DNA from: Deltaproteobacteria bacterium
GTDB lineage: Bacteria > Desulfobacterota > Binatia > Binatales > Binataceae
DNA: 64,000 nucleotides
Direction: 5' to 3'
NCBI GenBank assembly: GCA_021799495.1
Contig: JAJZAI010000012.1
Coordinates: 4,292 to 68,291, forward strand
Positions 8,723-19,749 of the stretch are shown piece by piece (position 1 is the stretch's first letter; each line of letters opens with the position of its first letter). The translations under genes and the position numbers were made by a program. Under the pieces are notes generated by a model. It saw nothing but the letters and a program-made list of their open reading frames with translations, was not told where the DNA came from and did not search any database.

Positions 8723-9043
8723 TCAACCGGCGCTCCGGGACACAGCCACCAGCACGTCGTCGCCTTCGGTTTTGACCCGATAGCACGCCAGTTTCATCGC
8801 CGGATCGTCGACGCAGGCGCCGGTGGTCAAATCGTATTCCCATCCGTGCAGCGGACAGACCACGCGCGCGCCGTAAACGTCGCCCTCGCCAAGCGGTCCG
8901 CCCTCATGCAGGCAGGCGTTGGCGATCGCGCGATACTCGCCGCCGAGATTGAAGACCGCGATCGCCCGGCCGCCGATTTCGACGATTTTGGCGCGGCCTT
9001 CCGGAATTTCATCGCGGCGCGCGGCGATCACGTATTCATCCAT
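8723..9043 (-). CDS. Small Rieske [2Fe-2S] domain protein (NirD-like)
   Basis: Rieske ligand boxes CLHEGGPL and CPLHGWEY with the expected spacing. 106 aa. Confidence 0.8.
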   Translation of the reverse strand: MDEYVIAARRDEIPEGRAKIVEIGGRAIAVFNLGGEYRAIANACLHEGGPLGEGDVYGARVVCPLHGWEYDLTTGACVDDPAMKLACYRVKTEGDDVLVAVSRSAG

Positions 9044-9070
9044 CGTACGGCTTCCCGTTTGCGACCAGCC

Positions 9071-10267
9071 TCAGGTCGTGTATTCCGCGTTGATCTTGAC
9101 GTAACCATAACTCAAATCGCAGGTCAGAATCCGCGCGGCGGCCTTGCCGAGCTTCAAATCGACGGTCAGCGCGAACTCGCGATCGCGCATCCGTTGCGCG
9201 GCGGCGGCGAGCGCTTCGGTATGGAGCGCGCCGCGGCTGGCGAGCTTGATGCCGCCCATCGCGACTTCGATCCGATCGAGATCGATCGCGACGCCGGCCT
9301 TGCCGACCGCCATCAGGATTCGGCCGAAGTTGGGATCGCATCCGAAGAACGCGGTCTTGACCAGCGGCGAATTGGCGATTTGCCGGGCGACGCGATCGGC
9401 GTCCGAAGCGCTGCGCGCGCCGCGCACCTCGACGGTGACGAGCTTGGTCGCGCCTTCGCCGTCGCGCACCAGTTCGCGGGCGAGCGCCGCGGAAATTTCG
9501 GCCACCGCGGCGTTGAAGCGGCCGAGCTCGCGCCCTTCGAGCGGGCGATTGCCGGCGGCTCCGGAAGCCATCAGCAACAGCGTGTCGTTGGTCGACATGT
9601 CGCCATCGACGGTGACCGCGTTGAAGCTGCGCGGCAGGGCGTCGCGCAAGGCGCCCCGCAGAATCGCGGGCGAGACGGCGGCGTCGGTCATCACGAAGGC
9701 GAGCATCGTCGCCATTTTCGGCTCAAGCATGCCCGCGCCCTTGGCGCATCCGGCGAGCGTCACCTCTTTGCCGCCGAGCCTGAGCGTGGCCGAGGCGACT
9801 TTCGGACGCGTGTCGGTGGTCATGATGGCGCGGGCGAAATCCTCGAGCGCGCCGGGGTTGAGCGCGGCGGCCGCGGCGGAAATTCCCTCGCGATAGCGGA
9901 CGAGATCGTACGGCTGTCCGATCACGCCGGTCGAGCAGGGCGCGACCAGTTCCGGCTTGCATCCGAGCACTTGCGCGAGCGCGGCGGTCGAATCGAGCGC
10001 GAGCTTGAGGCCGGGCTTTCCGGTGAAGCAATTGGCCGAGCCGGAGTTCGCGCCGACCGCCCGCAGCCGGCCGCGGCGCACGCGCTCCTGCGCGATCAGC
10101 ACGGGCGCGGCCTTGACGCGATTGGTCGTGAATACGCCGGCGGCCGCGGCGCCGGAATCGGCGGCGATCACGCCCAGGTCCTTGCGGTCCGGTTCGTTGC
10201 GCAATCCGGCGGCGACCCCGGCGAAGCGAAAGCCGGGCACCGCCGCGGGCTCGAGTCGTACGTCCAT
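9071..10267 (-). CDS. argJ: Bifunctional glutamate N-acetyltransferase / amino-acid acetyltransferase
   Basis: GFRFAGVAAGLR N-terminus and the autoprocessing region GMLEPKMATMLAFVMTDA. Length is about 400 aa. Confidence 0.9.
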   Translation of the reverse strand: MDVRLEPAAVPGFRFAGVAAGLRNEPDRKDLGVIAADSGAAAAGVFTTNRVKAAPVLIAQERVRRGRLRAVGANSGSANCFTGKPGLKLALDSTAALAQVLGCKPELVAPCSTGVIGQPYDLVRYREGISAAAAALNPGALEDFARAIMTTDTRPKVASATLRLGGKEVTLAGCAKGAGMLEPKMATMLAFVMTDAAVSPAILRGALRDALPRSFNAVTVDGDMSTNDTLLLMASGAAGNRPLEGRELGRFNAAVAEISAALARELVRDGEGATKLVTVEVRGARSASDADRVARQIANSPLVKTAFFGCDPNFGRILMAVGKAGVAIDLDRIEVAMGGIKLASRGALHTEALAAAAQRMRDREFALTVDLKLGKAAARILTCDLSYGYVKINAEYTT

Positions 10268-10329
10268 CTAAACCTCCGCGCGTGGATTTAACATGCGCGG
10301 CGGCTGCGATCGACCGGCGCAAGTCGGCG

Positions 10330-12996
<2,667 letters not shown>

Positions 12997-13091
12997 TGTG
13001 TGCGATTAAACCTGGAAAGAAGCGGCGCCCGCATCCGGGCCAATTCCATCGTTTGATTCTAGCGCATGAGGCCCGCGATTGCAGCGGCGCG

Positions 13092-13997
13092 CTAACGTTC
13101 GATTCGGACGGCGGATTCCACCTCCGGCCCCAGAAAACGCCGCCCCACCCGCACGAAACGGTCGGGCGTCTCGGTCACGAAAAAGCTCCGCGACCGCGCC
13201 CCGCCGCGCCCGCGATCGAGCCCCAGCGCCCTGAGCCGTTCCCGCACGGCGTTTGCGGTCGCGGTCGCCGAATCGACGATTTTCACCCGTGGGCCAAGCA
13301 CCCGCGCGAACATCGTCCGCAGCAGCGGATAGTGCGTGCAGCCGAGCAGGAGCGTGTCGATTCCGCTCGCTTTGAGGCTTTCGAGGTAATAGGCGACCGT
13401 GCGCTCGGCCACGTCGTTGTCGGTCCATCCCTCTTCGACCAGGGGCACGAGCAGCGGACACGCGCGCGTGTAGATTTCGGCGCGCGGGCGGAGCTTCTGG
13501 ATGGCGCGCGTGTAGGCGCCGGACGCGATCGTCGCCTCGGTGCCAATCACCCCGATTTTGCCGCTGCGCGACGCCGCCGCCGCGGCGGCCGCGCCCGGTT
13601 CGATAACGCCGATCACCGGCGCCATCGTGCCGCGCGCGATTTCCTCCAGCGCGACCGCGCTCGAGGTGTTGCACGCCACCACCAGCATCTTGATTCCCTT
13701 GGCCAGCAGGAACTCGGTGTTTTCGCGCGAATAGCGCACGATTACCTCGTTCGACTTGCTGCCGTAGGGCAGCCGCGCCGTGTCGCCAAGATAGACGAAA
13801 TCCTCGCCGGGCAGCAGCGCGATCAATTCCTTCAGCACGGTCAGGCCGCCGATTCCGGAATCGAACACGCCGATCGGCCGCATCCGCGCGTCGGCCGCAT
13901 GGCGCGTGATCCGGCCGTCGCCGCGCGCGAGTTTGACGACGGTCTTTCTTGCCGCGAGATCGCCCGGTGCAAGCACGCGCCGCTTTCGCTTAGCCAT
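13092..13997 (-). CDS. murI: Glutamate racemase
   Basis: IGVFDSGIGGLTVLKEL, VVACNTSS and LGCTHYPLL catalytic cysteine motifs. The start is uncertain: 13997 overlaps the upstream gene by 8 nt, and ATG 13883 gives a canonical-length protein. Confidence 0.85.
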   Translation of the reverse strand: MAKRKRRVLAPGDLAARKTVVKLARGDGRITRHAADARMRPIGVFDSGIGGLTVLKELIALLPGEDFVYLGDTARLPYGSKSNEVIVRYSRENTEFLLAKGIKMLVVACNTSSAVALEEIARGTMAPVIGVIEPGAAAAAAASRSGKIGVIGTEATIASGAYTRAIQKLRPRAEIYTRACPLLVPLVEEGWTDNDVAERTVAYYLESLKASGIDTLLLGCTHYPLLRTMFARVLGPRVKIVDSATATANAVRERLRALGLDRGRGGARSRSFFVTETPDRFVRVGRRFLGPEVESAVRIER

Positions 13998-15096
13998 CGC
14001 GTCGCTTTCCATCCGCGAGGGCGGCGCCAAGCGCGGCCGGCGCCGGCGGCGCCGCGCCCAGCACGCGCCGGTATATCGCGGCGTTCTCCATGCACAGGTA
14101 CACCCTGGCGCCCGATTTTTCCCTGGCGATCCGCCGGTTGATCGCCTCGTACAGGCGCATCCGCAGCGGCGCGAACGCGCGGTAGCGCCCGTCCGGCGCC
14201 AGCACCTCCTCGCCCAGCAGCATCGGATCGCGCGGAAAGCGGCGGCGCGCCGCGGCGCGCAGGCCGGGCGTCATCCTGAGGCCGCCGAGGCTGATGAACT
14301 CGATGCGCGCCGTCGGGACCGCCGCGAACACTTCATCGAGCAGCGCGGAATAGTCGCGCTCGGCGCCGTCGCAGGCGATTATCGGATCGAGATGGAACCC
14401 GACGCGGTAGCCGGCCTCGAGCACGCGCCGCGCCGCCGCGATACGCGCCGCCGGCGGGGCCGTGCGATGCTCGCTCGAGCGGAAAACGCGCTCGGGCGAA
14501 AGCGTCCACGAAACCAGCGTGCGGCCGCGCGAATCGATCTCGAGAAGATTTTCGATCTCGTCGGTCTTGGTCTTCAGCTCCAGCGTCAGGTCGTCGCGCC
14601 CAGCGAAATAGCGCACGAGGTCGCGGCTCATTCCGGTCAGCGAATCGAACGCCAGCGAATCGGCAAGCTCGCCAGTGCCGATCCTGAGCGGCCGATCGGC
14701 GCCGGCCCGGACGCGGTCGAGTTCGGCGAAGGCGTCGGCGTAATTCGCATAGACCTGAAATCCGGGATTGTCCGCGACGAACTCCTGCAGGAAGCAATAG
14801 CCGCAGTCCATCGGGCAGTTCGACGCCAGTTCCATCACCAGGTAGCCGCAGCAGGCGAATTCATTCGATGCGGCCGGGCAGCCGGTGAGAAAGCGCGACC
14901 GCCGGCGCATGATCACCATCCGGCGCTTGCCGGCGGCGAAGGGATCGGCGGCGGCGCGATCCGCGCGCGCGGCGATCCGGCCGTCGGGAACGTGACGGAT
15001 CGGCACGCCGGGCGGCAGCGCGGCGATCACGCGGCGGGCCAGCGCCGTCGCGCGCATCTCTTCTTCGACGTAAACCGCGTCCAGTTCAAATCTCAT
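13990..15096 (-). CDS. Spore-photoproduct-lyase (SplB)-family radical SAM protein
   Basis: Radical SAM cluster motif CPMDCGYC (CxxxCxxC) within ELASNCPMDCGYCFLQEF. Size and layout fit the SPL / DNA-photolyase-like radical SAM family. ATG at 15096. Confidence 0.7.
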   Translation of the reverse strand: MRFELDAVYVEEEMRATALARRVIAALPPGVPIRHVPDGRIAARADRAAADPFAAGKRRMVIMRRRSRFLTGCPAASNEFACCGYLVMELASNCPMDCGYCFLQEFVADNPGFQVYANYADAFAELDRVRAGADRPLRIGTGELADSLAFDSLTGMSRDLVRYFAGRDDLTLELKTKTDEIENLLEIDSRGRTLVSWTLSPERVFRSSEHRTAPPAARIAAARRVLEAGYRVGFHLDPIIACDGAERDYSALLDEVFAAVPTARIEFISLGGLRMTPGLRAAARRRFPRDPMLLGEEVLAPDGRYRAFAPLRMRLYEAINRRIAREKSGARVYLCMENAAIYRRVLGAAPPAPAALGAALADGKRRDG

Positions 15097-15640
15097 CGTC
15101 GTTCCAACCCACGCCCGCGACCAAATCCGCGATTCGCGCCAGCTCCGCCGCCCGGCGCGAGAGCGCGTCAAGCAATCCTCTCAAGTCCTCGCTCCCATGC
15201 GCGGCCAGCTCGATTCTGATTTCGCCGGAGGCAAGCTCGCGCGGCGGCGCAATTCGGATTCCGCGCGGCAGGCCCAGCGCCGCGATTTCGCACGTAATCC
15301 GCTCCGTCGCGCGCGCCAGGCGGGGAAATCGAATGGCGCGCAACGCTCCAAGCAGCGCGGCGGCGCGGCCCGGTCCCGAGCCGCTTCCGTCCAGTATCCG
15401 CCGCACCTCGGCGCGGGCGAGAATCGCGGCGACCGGACGCGCGTCGCGCACGGAAATTTCTTCCATCAAATCGAACGCCGCGATCAACTGCCCCGCGCGC
15501 ATCCTGAGCCCCACGGCCGTTTCGAGCAGCGCCGCCCGATCCTCAGGGCCAAGCTCCAGCCATCGCGCCAGATACGGCGCAGGCAGCCGCCGCGCCGCAG
15601 CCCACTCGCGAATCGCCGCTTCATCCGCTGGAGCGCTCAT
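15086..15640 (-). CDS. Hypothetical protein (Ala/Arg/Leu-rich, no recognisable motif)
   Basis: ATG 15640 overlaps the upstream GT2 stop (ATGA). The stop overlaps the SPL-family start by 11 nt. High GC3 in this frame. No motif recognised. Confidence 0.5.
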   Translation of the reverse strand: MSAPADEAAIREWAAARRLPAPYLARWLELGPEDRAALLETAVGLRMRAGQLIAAFDLMEEISVRDARPVAAILARAEVRRILDGSGSGPGRAAALLGALRAIRFPRLARATERITCEIAALGLPRGIRIAPPRELASGEIRIELAAHGSEDLRGLLDALSRRAAELARIADLVAGVGWNDDEI

Positions 15641-16626
15641 TGCGCAGCCTCCGCGGCCGTGATCGCGCCGCACTCGTCCCGCCGGATCAGCGCGCGCATC
15701 CGGCCGATTAAAATCCGTGACTCCGGCGCCGCCGCAGCGCGCCATGCGCCATTCGCCGCCGCGCCGATTTCGCCGATCAACCCGGCTTCGCGAAGCCGCG
15801 CCCGGCGATAAAGTCCGTGCGCGTAAATCGAACATTTTTCGGCCAGCGCGGCGCAGGCCGCCGCACGCCGCGCCGCCGAAAGATCGGAATGCGCCAAAAG
15901 CTTCATCAAGGCCAGAATCCTGAATCGATCGATCGCCGGCACGGTCGCGGAAAGCTGTCCCGGATGGCCCGCGCGGCGTATCACGAGCGGCTTGTCAAGC
16001 AGTCCCGCTTCGTGGCGCGCGAGCAACCGCAGCCACAAATCGTAATCTTCGGCGGCGCGAAAATCCGCGTCGAAGCCGCCAGCGTTCTGAAAAATTTCGC
16101 GGCGCATAATCACGCCTGACGGACTGATCAGGCATACCCGCAGCGATCGCTCGAAAATATCGCCGGCGGCCTTGCGATGACGCCGGCCGGGATTCACGCG
16201 CCGGCCGCCGCGTATCCAGATTTCCTCGCATTGGGCAATTGCGCAGCCGGGATTCGCGCGCAGGTGCGCGAGTTGCCGGTTCAGCTTGTCCGGACGCCAT
16301 AAATCGTCGGAATCGAGAAAAGCCAGATATTCGCCGCGGGCAATCGCGGCGCCGGCGTTGCGCGCGGCCGCGGCGCCGCGATTATCGATATGCAAGCCGC
16401 GCATGATCTCGCGCCCGGCGTCCTCGTTGGCGCGCGCGGCGATTTCCAGCAGGCCGGTCCACGTTCCGTCGGTCGAGCCGTCATCGACGACGATCAACTC
16501 GAAGTCAGCGTCGTGTTGCGCTAGCACCGACGCCGCCGCCTCTCCCATCATCGCGCGCCGATTGAAGGTCGGGATAATTACGCTGACCGCGGGATTCATG
16601 GATGCAACCGGCCGGGCGGGGGTCAT
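15637..16626 (-). CDS. Glycosyltransferase family 2
   Basis: VSVIIPTFNRRAMMGEAAASVLAQHDADFELIVVDDGSTDGT and GEYLAFLDSDDLWRPDKL. ATG 16626 overlaps the engB stop (ATGA); alternative ATG at 16599. Confidence 0.8.
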   Translation of the reverse strand: MTPARPVASMNPAVSVIIPTFNRRAMMGEAAASVLAQHDADFELIVVDDGSTDGTWTGLLEIAARANEDAGREIMRGLHIDNRGAAAARNAGAAIARGEYLAFLDSDDLWRPDKLNRQLAHLRANPGCAIAQCEEIWIRGGRRVNPGRRHRKAAGDIFERSLRVCLISPSGVIMRREIFQNAGGFDADFRAAEDYDLWLRLLARHEAGLLDKPLVIRRAGHPGQLSATVPAIDRFRILALMKLLAHSDLSAARRAAACAALAEKCSIYAHGLYRRARLREAGLIGEIGAAANGAWRAAAAPESRILIGRMRALIRRDECGAITAAEAAQ

Positions 16627-17231
16627 GCCGCCGCGATCGGCCTGGGCCGGCCGCCGTCCGGCGCGCGGCGCGCGCACTCGCGAATCCGGCCGCGCAGGCG
16701 ATCGATTCCCTCGCCGGTCAGCGCGGAACACGCGATCGGCTCCGCCGCGAGCGGGGCGAAGCGCCTGATCGCGGCGGCGCGCGCGGAATTTTTGAGCTTG
16801 TCGAATTTGGTGGCGACCACGATCAAATCGAGCCCGCGTTCGCGGACTTCAGCCGCCAGCGCCAACTCCTCCACTTCGGGACCGCGGCGCGCGTCGATCA
16901 AGATCGCCAGCGCGGCGAGATTTGGACGGCGGCGCAAGTATTCGCGCATCAAGGCGGCGATTTTGGCGGCTTCCGCACGTCCCATCCGCGCATAGCCGTA
17001 ACCGGGCAAATCGACCAGCGCCAACTCCTCGCCTACAGAAAAAAAATTCAGGCAGCGCGTCCGGCCGGGCGTTTTGCTGGTGCGGGCAAGCCCTTTGGAT
17101 TGGGCGAGCGCATTGAGCAGCGAGCTCTTGCCGACGTTGGACCGGCCGGCCAGCGCGACTTCCGCGCGGGTCCAGCGCGGGCAAGCGGAATATTCGAGCG
17201 CGGAGGCGGCGAATTCGGCGTCTAACCGCAT
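16623..17231 (-). CDS. engB: Ribosome-biogenesis GTPase EngB/YsxC/YihA
   Basis: G1 GRSNVGKSSLLNAL, G3 DLPGYGYA, G4 TKFDKL. ATG 17231 gives a canonical protein of about 200 aa; the track start at 17315 is probably too long. Confidence 0.85.
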   Translation of the reverse strand: MRLDAEFAASALEYSACPRWTRAEVALAGRSNVGKSSLLNALAQSKGLARTSKTPGRTRCLNFFSVGEELALVDLPGYGYARMGRAEAAKIAALMREYLRRRPNLAALAILIDARRGPEVEELALAAEVRERGLDLIVVATKFDKLKNSARAAAIRRFAPLAAEPIACSALTGEGIDRLRGRIRECARRAPDGGRPRPIAAA

Positions 17232-17334
17232 CCAACGATCTTTAGCACGGCGCCGGGTGATGCGCAGCGGCACGTTCCATCCGGGCGGCGCGCCCGGTTT
17301 CATTCGGTCCGGCATGGCCGGGAAGCGCCGGCGT

Positions 17335-17889
17335 TTATCGCGCGAACGTTCCGACCAGATCGGTGACCGCCAATTCGTGCCCCTTCATCGCCTCAACCAC
17401 CTCCTCGTAGGTCGCCGCCGGTTTCAGGTCGAGCGTCGTGTCCAGCGCGTAGAGCCGGAAGTGGTAGTGATGCGCGGGGCCGGGCGGAGGGCATGGCCCG
17501 TGATAGCCGATCGTGCCGCGTTCGTTCGTGCCCTGAACGCCGCCGCCGGCGAGCGTCAGCGATGCTGGCAAGTCGGCCGGCAGACTATCCGTCGAGGGCG
17601 ACAGATTGTAGACAATCCAGTGCTTGTAAACCCCGTTCGGCGCGTCAGGATCGGTCACCAGCAAGGCGAAGGACTTCACGCCGGCGGGCGCGCCGCTCCA
17701 TTTTAGGGCCGGCGAACGGTTGGCGCCGGAGCAGGTGTCGGCGGTCGGAATCGGCGCGCCGGGCGCGAAGTCGGCGCTGTGCAGCGTGAACTTTGATTGG
17801 CTGGATTGTGCGTTAACCGATTTTAATCCGCCAAACATTAATCCACAGATTCCTGCCACAATTGCGCATGCTAATATTTCTCGGCGCAT
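17335..17889 (-). CDS. YbhB/YbcL-family PEBP (Raf kinase inhibitor-like) protein, secreted
   Basis: GYHGPCPPPGPAHHYHFRLYALD signature and an N-terminal signal-peptide-like MRREILACAIVAGICGLMFGG. Confidence 0.85.
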   Translation of the reverse strand: MRREILACAIVAGICGLMFGGLKSVNAQSSQSKFTLHSADFAPGAPIPTADTCSGANRSPALKWSGAPAGVKSFALLVTDPDAPNGVYKHWIVYNLSPSTDSLPADLPASLTLAGGGVQGTNERGTIGYHGPCPPPGPAHHYHFRLYALDTTLDLKPAATYEEVVEAMKGHELAVTDLVGTFAR

Positions 17890-18165
17890 AGGCTTGTCAC
17901 CCCGTTAAAAACCGTTGCAAATCTGCAATAATCTGAAATAGGCTCGTTTGCCAAGCTTCCGCGGCGAGATCGGCGTCGTTCATTCCGGATCGATAAAGCT
18001 CGAATAAGCCAAAAATTCCCTCTTGACCCACAATTGTACTTTTGGCTACGTTTGATGTTGTCAAAACAGGCTTAATTCAGCCTTGAAGTTTGGAAAGTCA
18101 AAATACCACTGCGAACCCACGGCCGATCAGGCTGTGAAAGCCGTGGTGGCGATCGGAGAAAAGCC

Positions 18166-18384
18166 GTGGCGGAAGTTAAATACAATTTGCCCCGCGTGAT
18201 GACGGTCAGGGAACTCTCGGCGTATCTGCGCGTCCACCCATCGACGATTTACAAACTGCTGCGCCGTGGCGAACTGCCGGGATTCCGGATCGGAACCGAC
18301 TGGCGCTTCAATGCGGAAGTAATCGATCGCTGGTGCCTTGAACGCAACATGAAGCCGGCCGACGAACTGATGCGCGGCAACTGA
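18166..18384 (+). CDS. Excisionase-family (MerR-like HTH_17) DNA-binding protein
   Basis: MTVRELSAYLRVHPSTIYKLLRRGELPGFRIGTDWRF matches the excisionase/HTH_17 pattern. Start is GTG 18166 or ATG 18199. Confidence 0.7.
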   Translation: MAEVKYNLPRVMTVRELSAYLRVHPSTIYKLLRRGELPGFRIGTDWRFNAEVIDRWCLERNMKPADELMRGN

Positions 18385-18402
18385 AGGTTCAACCGGTTAT
18401 GA

Positions 18403-18450
18403 GCGATCGCCGCCGAGATTAGCTTGACGGCGATCGTCTTTCTGTTTCGT
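18403..18450 (+). terminator. Rho-independent terminator after the HTH gene
   Basis: Stem gcgatcgccg (18403-18412) pairs with cggcgatcgt (18428-18437), with a 15-nt loop. It is followed by the T-rich ctttctgtttcgtt. Confidence 0.6.
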
Positions 18451-18498
18451 TCCAGCTAGGTTGCGCGTCTGATATCGAACAGGCTGTGCGGTTCAAGC

Positions 18499-19275
18499 TC
18501 AGGATGTTTTGCGCGATCCGGGCGCGGCGGGGACTTCAACCAACCGTGCACCGGTGGGACGGACCTCGATAGCCCGTCCGAACAGGCTGTCGTCCTCGAC
18601 CAGCCGCAAGACGGCTTCGGCTATCTGAATCGGTTGTAGAATCTTGCCCGGAATTCCGGCGGTGTGTCCGGCCCGCTTCGCCGCTTCGATTCCCCGGCGC
18701 ACCAGCGGAGTATCGACCACTCCGGGACATACGCAATTCACGCGGATATTGCGTTTCGACGCCCACGGCGCCAGCGAATAGGTGAAATTAACCACGCCCG
18801 CCTTGGCCGCGCCGTAAACCGGATCTTCCTTGTACGGATACAGGCCGGCCATCGACGCGGTGTTGACGATTACGCCGCCCTTCGGATCCATCATCGGAGC
18901 CGCCAGATGGCATCCAAGGATGACCGCCTGCAAATCGATATCGATCACGCGCCGCCAGCGCTTGATTTCGGCCAACGGATAACCCGGCAGGCCGACAGCG
19001 ATGCCGGCGTTGTTATAGAGAATGTCGAGGCTGCCGAACCGCTTCACGGCCAGCTCGAGCATCCGGCGCGCATCGTCCTCGTCGGTGACGTCGGCCTTGA
19101 TAAAAGCGGCGCGGCCGCCGGCCGCTTCGATCGCCTTGACGGTTTCGGCGCCTTGTGCCTCGACCAGGTCGGCAATCACCACAGACGCGCCCTTGCATGC
19201 GAGCAATTCCGCCGTCGCACGGCCGATGCCCGATGCGCCGCCGGTAATCACCGCCGATTTGCCATTTACATCCAT
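18499..19275 (-). CDS. Short-chain dehydrogenase/reductase (SDR)
   Basis: AVITGGASGIGRATA (TGxxxGxG), NNAGI, and YGAAKAGV (YxxxK catalytic motif). Confidence 0.85.
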   Translation of the reverse strand: MDVNGKSAVITGGASGIGRATAELLACKGASVVIADLVEAQGAETVKAIEAAGGRAAFIKADVTDEDDARRMLELAVKRFGSLDILYNNAGIAVGLPGYPLAEIKRWRRVIDIDLQAVILGCHLAAPMMDPKGGVIVNTASMAGLYPYKEDPVYGAAKAGVVNFTYSLAPWASKRNIRVNCVCPGVVDTPLVRRGIEAAKRAGHTAGIPGKILQPIQIAEAVLRLVEDDSLFGRAIEVRPTGARLVEVPAAPGSRKTS

Positions 19276-19326
19276 AGATTCCCCCTCCCGACCGCGGCGA
19301 TCGGCAATTCACCGGCGCGCGCGGGC

Positions 19327-19749
19327 TCAGCCGATTCGCCCGAGCGCCATGCCCAACAGCAGCCCGCTCAGAACATACGCCGTGGCCGCGACGTAGATAT
19401 AATCGCGATCTTTCAGAAACAGCACAAAGGTGAACGCGACGCGCACCAGCGGCACCAGCGTCAGGATATAAAGCCCGATGGTCATGATTGCGTGCGGGTC
19501 GCCGGCGGCGGCTTGGCGGAGAATCGTCGAAAATTGTTCGGTCGCGTGCATTTGGCCCTTTTGCAGGGCGTGAAATCGCTCGATATAGAAGCCGGACGAG
19601 TGCAGGACGGTGGCGGCGATCCCCGTAATCAAAACGATCGTGCTGACGATCAAGACCGTGCGCAGCATCAGTGGCGTCCAAGTGCGCAGGATCCGGTCTT
19701 CTTCGGCGATGGCCGGCGACGGCGAATATGTTTCGGGATGATTCATCAT
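19327..19749 (-). CDS. DUF1634-like small membrane protein (TauE partner)
   Basis: About 140 aa with three predicted TM helices. ATG 19749 overlaps the TauE/SafE stop (ATGA). DUF1634 genes characteristically follow TauE/SafE genes. Confidence 0.5.
   Translation of the reverse strand: MMNHPETYSPSPAIAEEDRILRTWTPLMLRTVLIVSTIVLITGIAATVLHSSGFYIERFHALQKGQMHATEQFSTILRQAAAGDPHAIMTIGLYILTLVPLVRVAFTFVLFLKDRDYIYVAATAYVLSGLLLGMALGRIG

Noticed and set aside
8846-10291. A 481-aa + strand ORF opposite argJ and the Rieske gene.
   Set aside because: It is antisense to two motif-supported genes and contains no recognisable domain. It is Arg/Gly/Asp-rich noise.
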